The position numbers and the translations under genes were made by a program. This document shows, one piece after another, positions 26,831-35,972 of a stretch of 64,000 nt of DNA. How positions within the stretch are numbered: position 1 is the first letter of the stretch; each line of letters begins with the position of its first letter. The stretch is from IMG/VR virus record IMGVR_UViG_3300045938_000231, positions 5,423-69,422 of that record. One strand, 5' to 3'. Under the pieces are notes generated by a model. The model saw only the letters and a program-made list of their open reading frames with translations. It was not told the origin of the DNA and searched no databases. Source of the stretch: a virus (Duplodnaviria; Caudoviricetes).

Positions 26831-27274
26831 TTAGTCGATGAGGTTGCTGGTGATGCGGTAGAGCTGGTCTAGCATCGCGCTCTGTATTTCATCAATCTCA
26901 GCGGCAACGTCTAACCCGTAGTTATTGCGCATGGCAACCATTGAGCGTCGATAGCTGGTCAGTGCCTCAAGGACGATCTCAAAATGTGACATCTGGCTAC
27001 CCGATGTAGGGCGGCTGACGTAGAGGGGGAGATATGCCGCCAGGTTGTTGACTGGCATCTGCTCAGTACCTAGATGGTAGGCAGCATTGATAGCGGCTGA
27101 CACCAGATCAGCCTTGATGCTGACAGTGGAGGGGTTTTGCAGGAGTTGGGTTAACTCCTGAAGTTCCCAGTTGACCTCATCCAAGAGGTGCAGAGGGATG
27201 GTGATTTGTCGAGCCGTTGGCTCAAAGGGGGTTGTACAGGCGGCTCGGCCTGCGTAGTTTTGTCCCGTTGACAT
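26831..27274 (-). CDS. Hypothetical protein (cassette A), paralog of 43442-43894
   Basis: TGQNYAG..ACTT.FEPTARQITIP.HLL.EVNWELQEL shared by both copies. Confidence 0.8.
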   Translation of the reverse strand: MSTGQNYAGRAACTTPFEPTARQITIPLHLLDEVNWELQELTQLLQNPSTVSIKADLVSAAINAAYHLGTEQMPVNNLAAYLPLYVSRPTSGSQMSHFEIVLEALTSYRRSMVAMRNNYGLDVAAEIDEIQSAMLDQLYRITSNLID

Positions 27275-27302
27275 TTGAACGAACTGTTTAAATGTTGCAC
27301 TC

Positions 27303-27348
27303 GGCCCCCGTCGCTCTGCTCTGCCAAGAATGTGAGCGCCGGGGGTTT
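27303..27348 (-). promoter_or_regulatory. Conserved leader hairpin (cassette A)
   Basis: Minus strand AACCCCCGGCGCTCACATTCTTGGCAGAGCAGAGCGACGGGGGCC; core ACATTCTTGGC shared with 43371-43414. Confidence 0.55.
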
Positions 27349-27356
27349 TCTATGCC

Positions 27357-27377
27357 TGTCAATGTCCTTCATTGACA
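27357..27377. promoter_or_regulatory. Palindromic operator candidate (cassette A)
   Basis: TGTCAATG-tcctt-CATTGACA, perfect 8-bp arms, between the XRE gene and the cassette ORFs. Confidence 0.6.
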
Positions 27378-27429
27378 ATACAATAATAGCAAAAGTTCTA
27401 TTATGATGCAACTTTTAGGGCAAAAAAAT

Positions 27430-27636
27430 TTAGCTGGCTTTGATTGACAGCTTCGCGCCCATTGCTTCTAAAACCCTGCTTAAAGTCTCGACTGTAATAT
27501 TGTGCTTACCGCTTTCATAGCGATTTATAGTAGTCTTACCTATTCCCAGCTTTTCCCCTAACTCCTCCTGTGTGAGCCTTTTTGCCTTTCTGGTTTCCTT
27601 AATTAACTGCCCTACTTGTTCTGTAATGGTTGACAT
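27430..27636 (-). CDS. XRE-family HTH regulator (cassette A)
   Basis: IKETRKAKRLTQEELGEKLGIGKTTINRYESG. Confidence 0.9.
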   Translation of the reverse strand: MSTITEQVGQLIKETRKAKRLTQEELGEKLGIGKTTINRYESGKHNITVETLSRVLEAMGAKLSIKAS

Positions 27637-27707
27637 GGTTCTGGATAAGTGATGAACAAAGGTAAGGACGGTCATCTCTAGCCACTCTCCTTATTGAGCC
27701 AACGGCT

Positions 27708-28598
27708 TCAATAAAGGGAGTTTGGAAGTAAATCAGAAGTGAAAAATTCATACCATATATATAGGGGAAGGCATAAGAAGAATATAGCTAATAATGTATT
27801 GATTATCACCCAATACGGGACTCCTCTGTACAACTCTTTTGACTGAGGTAATTTATTCAGCGAAAGCATCATGAAAGAGAATAGTAATCCCATCATAGTG
27901 ACAACTATGCCACTAACAAACATTGCTGGTTTTGTTTCACGAGGATCTTTCTGCTTTTCAACTTCGACAAAACCAGCAGGAAAGCCCTTGATTCGAGCGT
28001 TGACGCGCCAATGGTAGTCCGTTGCCTTTGTCGTGTATAAGATTTGATACACTGCGCCGTCTTGTGCTTCAAATCCATCGTCTCCTTTTATTTCTAAACT
28101 GACATCATCGTAAATACTGGCTACCGTGTCTTCGGGGGTACCATAGATGTCGTCTATATGCAGCGTTAGGCCAAGAGCAAGATCAGGTCGGGATGTTTTG
28201 GTCTGATAAACTTCTAATATACCTACTGCTTTGTCGCAGCTAATCGATATCGGATGGTCTTTCGTAAACGCTGACTTGTCAATGAATTCATTACCTGCAT
28301 TCCAAAGGGCAATCGTTACAACACGGACGTTTTTGACCTCTACTGAATCATATATGACTTTTATCTTCGAGTTGGGCAGTCCTTCTGTTATCACCACATC
28401 CGATAAGACCTTGTATACAGGCTTAATCTCCTTGTTAAAGGCATACGTAAGATAAAGCCCCCATATACCAAGCGGAAAACTAATTACTCCCAACCAGTCA
28501 ACCAAGCTTAAATTGCCCCAGAGCGACTTGGAGGTAGGTTTTGTATCCTTGGTAGATAACTCATCAGATAAGCTTTCCTGATCGCTATATTCACTCAT
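27708..28598 (-). CDS. Membrane protein (1 N-terminal and 2 C-terminal TM), cargo
   Basis: Hydrophobic segments flank a beta-rich domain; AT-rich DNA. Confidence 0.75.
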   Translation of the reverse strand: MSEYSDQESLSDELSTKDTKPTSKSLWGNLSLVDWLGVISFPLGIWGLYLTYAFNKEIKPVYKVLSDVVITEGLPNSKIKVIYDSVEVKNVRVVTIALWNAGNEFIDKSAFTKDHPISISCDKAVGILEVYQTKTSRPDLALGLTLHIDDIYGTPEDTVASIYDDVSLEIKGDDGFEAQDGAVYQILYTTKATDYHWRVNARIKGFPAGFVEVEKQKDPRETKPAMFVSGIVVTMMGLLFSFMMLSLNKLPQSKELYRGVPYWVIINTLLAIFFLCLPLYIWYEFFTSDLLPNSLY

Positions 28599-28672
28599 AG
28601 GTTCTGTAGCCTGCTTGAACAAAGTCTAACAAAGCAATAAAAAAATCAATAGCTTTAGTTTCTGTCAACAAC

Positions 28673-28704
28673 AAAAAAGCAGATCAACATTGCTGATCTG
28701 CTTT
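28673..28704 (-). terminator. Intrinsic terminator on the minus strand
   Basis: AAAGCAGATCAGC-aat-GTTGATCTGCTTTTTT on the minus strand. Confidence 0.75.
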
Positions 28705-28748
28705 CCGCTTCTATCCACACCATACAGGCCTGAGCCTGATTGATTGGT

Positions 28749-28756
28749 CAAAGATA
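28749..28756 (-). promoter_or_regulatory. Bacteroidota -7 promoter element TATCTTTG
   Basis: Exact TAnnTTTG match on the minus strand; no clear -33 TTTG. Confidence 0.5.
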
Positions 28757-28915
28757 GACATCTTCATGTACATACACGAACTTAGCCAGTGGTTGTGTAA
28801 GCAAGTTGCGTATAGCCTCTAACTAATCTGAGTACCTCTTGTAAATAAAAGCACAAAATCAGTTCTTGCAGCCTGACTGCTAACAGCCAAAATCCACAAA
28901 ACTCATTTAAGGGTT

Positions 28916-29401
28916 ATGATTTGGGAACAAGAATTATGGGATCGCCTGGACAATTATTCTAAAGCGACAAAATTAGAAAAAGGGAATGCTTTACCACTTT
29001 CTATAAAAATTAGAGTAACCGCAGGCTGTTTTCACAGAGAGCATTCGCCGGAAGCATATACAATAATTGATGAGTTTTATAGTCAAAATACGGACAAATC
29101 AATAAAGCTAGTTGAACACGAGAATGGCCCTGAGTTATTGGTTTATCTTGCATTCACTACAGCAGTACTAAGCCTTTCTGCTCAGACTATCAATTTTGTC
29201 TCTACAATCATTAAGGCTAGAAGTGAAGGTGTAAAGAAAGGAGACATGCCAAATGAGTCAATTGAATTAATTGTTAGAGGCTTTGACAAGAAGGGTAAGA
29301 TAAAAGAAGAGAAGGTACTTAAAATTAATTCGACTGATAAAATATCAAATAAAAATATAGACGTAGCCTTAAAGCACGTCATGAAAAAATTTATAGAGTA
29401 A
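28916..29401 (+). CDS. Hypothetical cargo protein
   Basis: 161 aa, AT-rich, opposite strand to the late operon. Confidence 0.75.
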   Translation: MIWEQELWDRLDNYSKATKLEKGNALPLSIKIRVTAGCFHREHSPEAYTIIDEFYSQNTDKSIKLVEHENGPELLVYLAFTTAVLSLSAQTINFVSTIIKARSEGVKKGDMPNESIELIVRGFDKKGKIKEEKVLKINSTDKISNKNIDVALKHVMKKFIE

Positions 29402-29418
29402 TAGGATTACTACAATAA

Positions 29419-30000
29419 ATGATTTTTAAGATAATAGCCATTCTTGCAAGAATAAGTATTCGTTACGGTGGCGCTAGCGGTAAATTTTACTCGGTTTTTT
29501 CAGAAGATTCTAAGTACAATATTTACAAGAAAGCACAAGGCTTCCGGAGGAATAATCAGGTTGACTACGAAATATCCAAAGCCACATTCTATAAAATGCG
29601 TAATAAGGGGCTTGTTATAGACGGAACAAAGGGAGGGTTAATCGTTGGCCCTTCGCACGAGGAAGGTGGAGTGTTAGTTGTTCGGGAGTACTTAGATAAG
29701 ATTTTAGTAGTAGCTGAGCTAGAGGGTTACGAATATTTTATAAATGCAAAAGCCTCAAAGCAGTACTATAGCGAAATAGAAAAAATAAACTCAGCTTATG
29801 AGCAACGGGTTGATTATGTGAAATTCGCTTCATATAAAATTCCAGCTACAATACGTGTTATTGATGTTCAGCATAAGAAAGTAGATGGTAAGTCGGAGCG
29901 TCCACTTTTGTTGATGCGTCAAGATCAGTGGTGTGTAAATAGGTTATCAAGCAAAGAATACCTAAAGCAGTTAGATCAGATGAATAACAAGTGTATTTAG
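29419..30000 (+). CDS. Hypothetical cargo protein with GPSHxxGG motif
   Basis: GGLIVGPSHEEGGV...ELEGYEYFINAKAS. Confidence 0.7.
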   Translation: MIFKIIAILARISIRYGGASGKFYSVFSEDSKYNIYKKAQGFRRNNQVDYEISKATFYKMRNKGLVIDGTKGGLIVGPSHEEGGVLVVREYLDKILVVAELEGYEYFINAKASKQYYSEIEKINSAYEQRVDYVKFASYKIPATIRVIDVQHKKVDGKSERPLLLMRQDQWCVNRLSSKEYLKQLDQMNNKCI

Positions 30001-30019
30001 CTCAGTAATCAGTCGCTCT

Positions 30020-31018
30020 CTATATTCGGTAGGGTAACGCAGATTTTGTTATAGCACAACCACTGTAGCCGTGTTGTTTGAGAAGTATTTCTATTCCCTT
30101 CTTCGCTGGCTCATAGTCTAGGCTTGGCCCTACAATAATTTTCGTTATTGGAAGCCTTTTGTGCATCTCAACCATAGTAGGTAGTGCACCAGCATCACTA
30201 AGATGCTCTCGGTCCTTATAATATTTATACCTGTTTTGAAGTAATATGTAAGGAATTAGTAGGTTGCCATTCGTCCGAAAGTTTATTTTTAACTCATCGC
30301 CTTCATCGGGATTTTCTTCATTGTACTCTTCATTTTCAGAGTGGTATATAAACCGACATTCTTGTTCATGGGCAAAACATGGGTGCTTAAAGGATGATAG
30401 ATAATCAGCCATGTTTCTAATCATACACAAAGTCACCAATTGGTTGTGTTTTTCGTCTCGCCAGTCGGAGAAATTCGTATTAAAGTATTCTATTGTCCCT
30501 AGAACACAATTCTCTATAATATCTCTTTGATCGGTTTGGTTATAGATTATCCTCGTACTCTTTATATCTGGTTCAAGATTGTAATGCCTTTCATGGAACG
30601 TAAATCCTACTGATACACCTTTCCCATCTTTTGCGTAGGAGCGCCATTGTTGCAACAAGTCACCGTCCGAAGAGAAGCACGTCACGTATTTATCTTCCGG
30701 AAAATGAGTGTCGAGTTTATCTAAGAGATTATCTATGATAGCTTTGTTTCCAGCGTTACTCAATGAAGATATTATCTCTTTTGATAGATTTATTCCGTAA
30801 TCGAATTCGGTGCTATCATTTAGAAATCTTATATCAGAAGCAAACAAAGACTGGTTAGTTACAATGCCTATCAGACCATTCAAATCCGTATAGTGGTAAA
30901 GCTCATTTATCTTTCCACTATATCTACTCATTTTTTCTGTTTTTGTAAAAACATAGTACCAACAATCAAGCAAAAGGACATTTAACTGTTGGTTAGATAA
31001 ATCTTTTAGTTGTTCCAC
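30020..31018 (-). CDS. DUF2971 family protein
   Basis: LYHYTD...YVTCFS..GDLLQQWRSYA..GKGVSVGF...FKHPCFAHEQECR. Confidence 0.85.
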   Translation of the reverse strand: MEQLKDLSNQQLNVLLLDCWYYVFTKTEKMSRYSGKINELYHYTDLNGLIGIVTNQSLFASDIRFLNDSTEFDYGINLSKEIISSLSNAGNKAIIDNLLDKLDTHFPEDKYVTCFSSDGDLLQQWRSYAKDGKGVSVGFTFHERHYNLEPDIKSTRIIYNQTDQRDIIENCVLGTIEYFNTNFSDWRDEKHNQLVTLCMIRNMADYLSSFKHPCFAHEQECRFIYHSENEEYNEENPDEGDELKINFRTNGNLLIPYILLQNRYKYYKDREHLSDAGALPTMVEMHKRLPITKIIVGPSLDYEPAKKGIEILLKQHGYSGCAITKSALPYRI

Positions 31019-31080
31019 TATAAAATGCAGTTGGTTGTAAGTTGAGAGTTGATTAGTTCGAACGGGATTCAGGTCTGGTT

Positions 31081-31395
31081 CTATACCACCTTCCTAAACT
31101 CCCACTCGGTAGCTCCGTCTGGGTTAAAGTCAGGTTCTAGTGATGCCACTGGCACCTGACCCGTGGCTTTCTGGCGTTCAAACTCCTCTTCGCTTACCAG
31201 TAGAACCTCTTGTAGCAGGCCGCCTGCTTTCATTCCCTTCATGGTTGGGAGACTACCTACCCGGTACAGGGTATTATCGATTATTACCTCAGCCCCATAG
31301 TCGAGCTGAGGCAGGTCATCAAACGTTTGTTCGGGTCCGAGCTGCTGGAGTGCGCCCTGGGCGTCTTGGATGAGGTAGCGAACGAGGTAGTTCAT
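31081..31395 (-). CDS. Hypothetical protein (moron)
   Basis: 104 aa; has its own upstream TAnnTTTG element. Confidence 0.7.
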   Translation of the reverse strand: MNYLVRYLIQDAQGALQQLGPEQTFDDLPQLDYGAEVIIDNTLYRVGSLPTMKGMKAGGLLQEVLLVSEEEFERQKATGQVPVASLEPDFNPDGATEWEFRKVV

Positions 31396-31420
31396 AAAGC
31401 GAGAAAGGGTATGTTTGACT

Positions 31421-31428
31421 CAAAAGTA
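31421..31428 (-). promoter_or_regulatory. Bacteroidota -7 promoter element TACTTTTG
   Basis: Exact TAnnTTTG match 26 nt upstream of the 31395 ATG. Confidence 0.5.
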
Positions 31429-31438
31429 AGAAACAATA

Positions 31439-31472
31439 GGGGCCATTTTCGAAAGAAATAGCCCCCTTTTTT
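31439..31472. terminator. Terminator hairpin after the tape measure gene
   Basis: GGGGCCATTTTC-gaaa-GAAATAGCCCC with flanking A/T runs. Confidence 0.7.
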
Positions 31473-31477
31473 ATCTA

Positions 31478-34400
31478 CTACTTGCCGGGTTTGCGGTTGA
31501 GGTACTCGATTAGATTGTCTTTGTCGCGGTAATATTCGCGCTGACCATCCACGTCAATATGGGTTTCGTGTCGTGGCGCATCCCTCAAGGCTCGCAAATG
31601 GGCTTCGTACATATCGTCTGCGCTCATCGGAGGAGTTGCGTTTTGTCCAGCCTTCTGATAAATAAGTACCTGCTCATTAAGTCGGCCCTCCTGTAGCCGC
31701 GAACTGGCCCTGTCGTTGAGGTGCATTTGTTGTAGGGTCTGTTGGGCCTGCTCCTGTCGCTTCCAGTCCTGAACGAGCCTACTCGTCTCCGATGCAGTAT
31801 AGATCGTGTCACCCCGCTTTGTGTTGATGATTGTAGGCTTTGTAAGCAGTTGCGCCTTCCCTTTTCTGTCAACATACAACTCTGTACCAGCCTCCCCTGC
31901 TAACGCTGGACCTTCATAACTGTCTCCAGCCCGTTTACCGATGCGGTAGGCTGGAAGGGGTTGGGCCAATACGGCAGCGGCCTCCAATGCGCCAGTGGCA
32001 ACAACGAACGCGGTAAGCAGTCCCGCCGAAATACCTAAATCGGCATAGTAGGTACCACCGCCCGTAGACAGTACTGACGCAACCCCCATTGCCGTTCGGA
32101 TAGCAATCGAAAAAAGCGCCTGCTCACGCTCCTGTACAGCCTGTTTTCGGGCGATTTCAGCCCTTCTTTTGTCGTACTGCTCATCAATCTTAGTTTTGGC
32201 ATCAGCGTTGTCTCCTGCCAGTTTTAGGTCATTCTGGTGCTGCTTTTCCAGCGTTTGAGACTCTCGCTCTGTATTACTTGACAGTACACTGAACGTAGCA
32301 TTACCGATGCTCTGGGCAAACTCAAGCCCCATTTGTATCAATGCGTCCCGCTTCTGCTTGGCTTTATTGATATTCTGCACCTCATGCTCTGTGCTTCTGT
32401 CACTCTGAGCAATACTATTATCGGCAACCTTTTTGTCGAGGCTTATTTTATCGTCAGCCGCTTCTTGTTGACGTACCTTTTCCAGGTCGGTGATCTGTTT
32501 GTTTGCTTCTGCTACTTCGGAGGCCGTCATCATTCCGTAGTCACGCAGATTCTTTAGTTTCTCGATTTTATCGTCAACGAGCGCATTGCTGAGTGTGCGA
32601 TCTTTGGCGTAAGCAGTTTCGTAGGCTTTGGCCTGATCTTTCAAATGCCCCATTTCAAGGGCAAATAGCCGGGTATCCCCTTCGGCTGGCGTGATATTAT
32701 TTTTGGCTACATCGAGCTTAACCCTGTTGACTTTATTGGCATGAAGTTTATCCAACAAGCTCAGGCGATCCTCTAGGTCGTTGGCCGCCGTTTCATTGAC
32801 AAGTTTCAGGGACTCTTTCGCTTCGGATAACTCATCTTTCCAGGCTTTCTTCTGGGCATCAAACCGCCGTTTGAAATAATCGGACTGTTTATCAAGTTGC
32901 CGCTGGTAGGCTTGTTTGTACAGCTCTGAACCTTCCTGACCGGCGTCCTTCAAAATGGCTTGCTCCTGTCTAATGCTGGACAACAACAACGAGTGCCGCT
33001 GTTCAACGTAATCGAGTTCTGGCACGCTCCCCTCGTTGCGGGAACTGTCGAGCGTAGACAACTTACTGTCTGTCGAGGATTTGTTAGACTTTAAATCAAG
33101 CTGCAACTGAGAGCGCTTGTAATCGGTTTCGGCTTTGGTTTTGGCGCTTAGCACCTTTTGGTAGTCATCGGTTTCTTTTTTACCTGCCTTATCCAGCATC
33201 GCCTGACGAGTTTTTAGGCCAGCGAGGGTTAAACTGAGTCGCTGTTCTATAAAATCCTGCTCCGACATTAGGCCATCCTGATGCTGATCGTTGAGGATAG
33301 CCAGTTCTTTTGTTGAGGTCGCTTCTGATTTAGATAATGACTCTCTCAGGTTGCGCTCCGCTTCGGCCTGAGCCTTTTTTCGGGCCGCTTCGGCAGCCTT
33401 GCGTCTACGTTCGGCAGCCGGATCATCGTCAGCAGTTGGTTTTTTGCCGGGCAGTGTCGGGTTTAGAATTTCACGGCGCTGATCCTCCAGCGTTTTTAAT
33501 TCCTTCAAAACAGCTTCCCGTTTTTTCAGACTATCCTTATCTGCCTTTTGAAACAATACAGCGGCTTCGGCCTGCTTGCCGAATATTTTTTGATTCGTAT
33601 CGTCAATAAGCAGTAGTTGCTTCGTAGAAAAATCACCCGACTGTTCAACGTATTTACGTAGCTCACCCGTCAACGTGCCACCATTGGCGATAATCTGTTT
33701 GATTGTTGTCTGAGCCTGCTCATTAAGTCCCCTTAACTGTCCAGCCGCTTCCTTTTTATCGTCGGCAGTCATGTCCTCTGCCCCTAAGTAGGGGTTGCGA
33801 ACCTTAACCCCTTGTTTCAGATTGTTTTGCAGAAACTTCGTTCCTCCTACCTGTTTGGTTGCCTGTGCGGTCAGGTCGCTCAATACCTGTTTGTTAAGTT
33901 CGGCGTTTAGCTCACGTTGGGCCTGAGTGTAGGCCAGAACTTTACCCTTGTTAATGTCCAGCGCGTTGCCGTACTGGTCAAATCCGGTAGCAGCCGCCGG
34001 AACAATCCCCGATAATTCGTTGATCGTTGTCTGTAGCTCCTTTTGTTCGGTAGCAGATAGGTTTGTCTTCGTTTTAAGTTCGTCGTAACGAGTCAGCAGT
34101 GCAGGTAGTGCCGATTCCAGTTCCTTAACTTTTTCGGTCTGCTCCATGAGTCTGTTGTTGGACTTCTCAACAGAGCTGGCGAACATTTCCCGAATCGACC
34201 GTGACCCCTGTGTGACCCATCCGATAAATCCACTCATAGCCCCGCCTATGTCGAGCATCTTGACCCACTCGACCCCTTCATTACGTACACGGGCGAACGT
34301 AGCGGCCAAGCCTTCTACGCGCTTCTCGTGATTAGGATTGAACGTTCGTTCAAGCTCATCGGCAAACTTGGGCAGGAAGTCACTGGCAATTACCTCTCCT

Positions 34401-35635
34401 TTCTGTAGCATATCAGTCAGCTTGCTGGTCGTAACACCTATCGCGCGAGCTGCTATAGAAAAACTTCCCGGAAGGGTCTCCGCGAGTTGGCCCTTAAGTT
34501 CTTCACTGGCAACGGTGCCTTTTGACATCATTTGCCCGATTGCTAACAATGCCCGTTCCGTCTGCTCAGAGGGCTTTTTCAGCCGCCCCATTGTGCTGAC
34601 AATCGAATTGAAAATCTTGTCGGTAGCCTCCCCTTCCAGTCGAGTGCCGAGGCTGGAAGCTGTCAGGCTGGTGTATTGCTCCTCAACTAATGACAGGTCT
34701 TGCCCTAAATCTTCCGACGCTTTTTCAAGCATCCGTTGCCGCTGAACAAACAGATCAGTATCATTGGAAACAACCTTTAAGGCTGAGTCCAGCGAATCAA
34801 ACTGTAGGGTAACGTCATTGACCTTTTGTACAGCATCAAGTGCTGAGGTGATACCAATAAGCGTTCCTGCTCCGGAAAGCAGACTGGAGCCCGCTCCTGA
34901 CAATGGCGACTGTTCCTGTTTGGGGTAATTGCCTACGTTTCGGTTGAAAATTCCCTGTCCCTGCTCGACTTTTTTAATAACAGCAAGGTTCTTTTGGTAC
35001 TGATTGTTGAGGGCTACGGCGGCTTTATTCTGTTCGTTTATTTTGCCCGTCGATAGATCGTAAGCGTCGCCCATCAGGTCGAGCGACTTCTTTAACTGAG
35101 ATGTCTGTTGCTTGAGGTGAGAAAGTGACCCCTCGGCCGCTACAGCCGAATCCCGGCCTACTTTCAGGCTCTTGCTCTGTGCGTCAATAGCACGGGTAAC
35201 AGACCGCGTTTCAGAAAGGATAGCCTGCTGTTCTTTTCTGTAGCCCTTCTGGGATGGGTCGAGACTATCATAGCGTTGCTTTAACGCCACAAGCCGGTTT
35301 GTCAGATCGACAACGACCTGATTATTCAACTCACGAGCCTGGGAAAGTTGCGCTTCTGCTTGTCGTGCCGTTTCCAGTCTTGTTATAACATCCGCAACCT
35401 TTTGAGCATAAGCGCTCATTGCGCCAGTAGCATCTTTCTGATTGCCAAAACTGAGCTTACTGATTTGCGAGACGAGGGTTTCTGCTTCTCGCTGAGTGGC
35501 TTTATAGGCGGCCCCTACGCGATCTATCCACGTAACGGTACTGTCCGCCCATGCTTGGGCATTTTTGTTTAATTCGTTGAGTTGACGCTGGTAGGAGTCA
35601 AAATCAAAAATATCTTCGGGTCTAATTACAGCCAT
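31478..35635 (-). CDS. Tail tape measure protein
   Basis: 1385 aa helical; tape-measure N-terminal motif ALLAIGQMMSKGTVASEELKGQLAETLPG; C-terminal GPALAGEAGTE motif. Confidence 0.95.
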   Translation of the reverse strand: MAVIRPEDIFDFDSYQRQLNELNKNAQAWADSTVTWIDRVGAAYKATQREAETLVSQISKLSFGNQKDATGAMSAYAQKVADVITRLETARQAEAQLSQARELNNQVVVDLTNRLVALKQRYDSLDPSQKGYRKEQQAILSETRSVTRAIDAQSKSLKVGRDSAVAAEGSLSHLKQQTSQLKKSLDLMGDAYDLSTGKINEQNKAAVALNNQYQKNLAVIKKVEQGQGIFNRNVGNYPKQEQSPLSGAGSSLLSGAGTLIGITSALDAVQKVNDVTLQFDSLDSALKVVSNDTDLFVQRQRMLEKASEDLGQDLSLVEEQYTSLTASSLGTRLEGEATDKIFNSIVSTMGRLKKPSEQTERALLAIGQMMSKGTVASEELKGQLAETLPGSFSIAARAIGVTTSKLTDMLQKGEVIASDFLPKFADELERTFNPNHEKRVEGLAATFARVRNEGVEWVKMLDIGGAMSGFIGWVTQGSRSIREMFASSVEKSNNRLMEQTEKVKELESALPALLTRYDELKTKTNLSATEQKELQTTINELSGIVPAAATGFDQYGNALDINKGKVLAYTQAQRELNAELNKQVLSDLTAQATKQVGGTKFLQNNLKQGVKVRNPYLGAEDMTADDKKEAAGQLRGLNEQAQTTIKQIIANGGTLTGELRKYVEQSGDFSTKQLLLIDDTNQKIFGKQAEAAVLFQKADKDSLKKREAVLKELKTLEDQRREILNPTLPGKKPTADDDPAAERRRKAAEAARKKAQAEAERNLRESLSKSEATSTKELAILNDQHQDGLMSEQDFIEQRLSLTLAGLKTRQAMLDKAGKKETDDYQKVLSAKTKAETDYKRSQLQLDLKSNKSSTDSKLSTLDSSRNEGSVPELDYVEQRHSLLLSSIRQEQAILKDAGQEGSELYKQAYQRQLDKQSDYFKRRFDAQKKAWKDELSEAKESLKLVNETAANDLEDRLSLLDKLHANKVNRVKLDVAKNNITPAEGDTRLFALEMGHLKDQAKAYETAYAKDRTLSNALVDDKIEKLKNLRDYGMMTASEVAEANKQITDLEKVRQQEAADDKISLDKKVADNSIAQSDRSTEHEVQNINKAKQKRDALIQMGLEFAQSIGNATFSVLSSNTERESQTLEKQHQNDLKLAGDNADAKTKIDEQYDKRRAEIARKQAVQEREQALFSIAIRTAMGVASVLSTGGGTYYADLGISAGLLTAFVVATGALEAAAVLAQPLPAYRIGKRAGDSYEGPALAGEAGTELYVDRKGKAQLLTKPTIINTKRGDTIYTASETSRLVQDWKRQEQAQQTLQQMHLNDRASSRLQEGRLNEQVLIYQKAGQNATPPMSADDMYEAHLRALRDAPRHETHIDVDGQREYYRDKDNLIEYLNRKPGK

Positions 35636-35972
35636 CTATCATGCGTACGTTTGAAATGTTACGCAGCAAGCCCCGACTGTTTATTCATGCCGTTTTGAAG
35701 ATAATGAAAAAGGCCGGTTGTTACGCTAAAGTAGTATTTGACAAGTGGCCTATCTAGGCTAGGCTTCGACTTCGGAGGGTAATTGAATTGGAGTTTTGAA
35801 AGGCAGAGCAATGTATCGGATAGGCCTTTTCGGATAAAGGTTTACATGAACAAAGAAAAAATGTACCCTCTAATAAATATAGTATAAGTTAAATTTTACA
35901 TAAACATATCTTTAAAGGATTTTATTTTGCAAATGTTCATTATTTCAATGTTTCACCCACAATCAACTTTCA

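Noticed and set aside
34146-34745. Plus-strand ORFs inside the tape measure gene
   Set aside because: Antisense shadows with Ser/Leu-biased composition.
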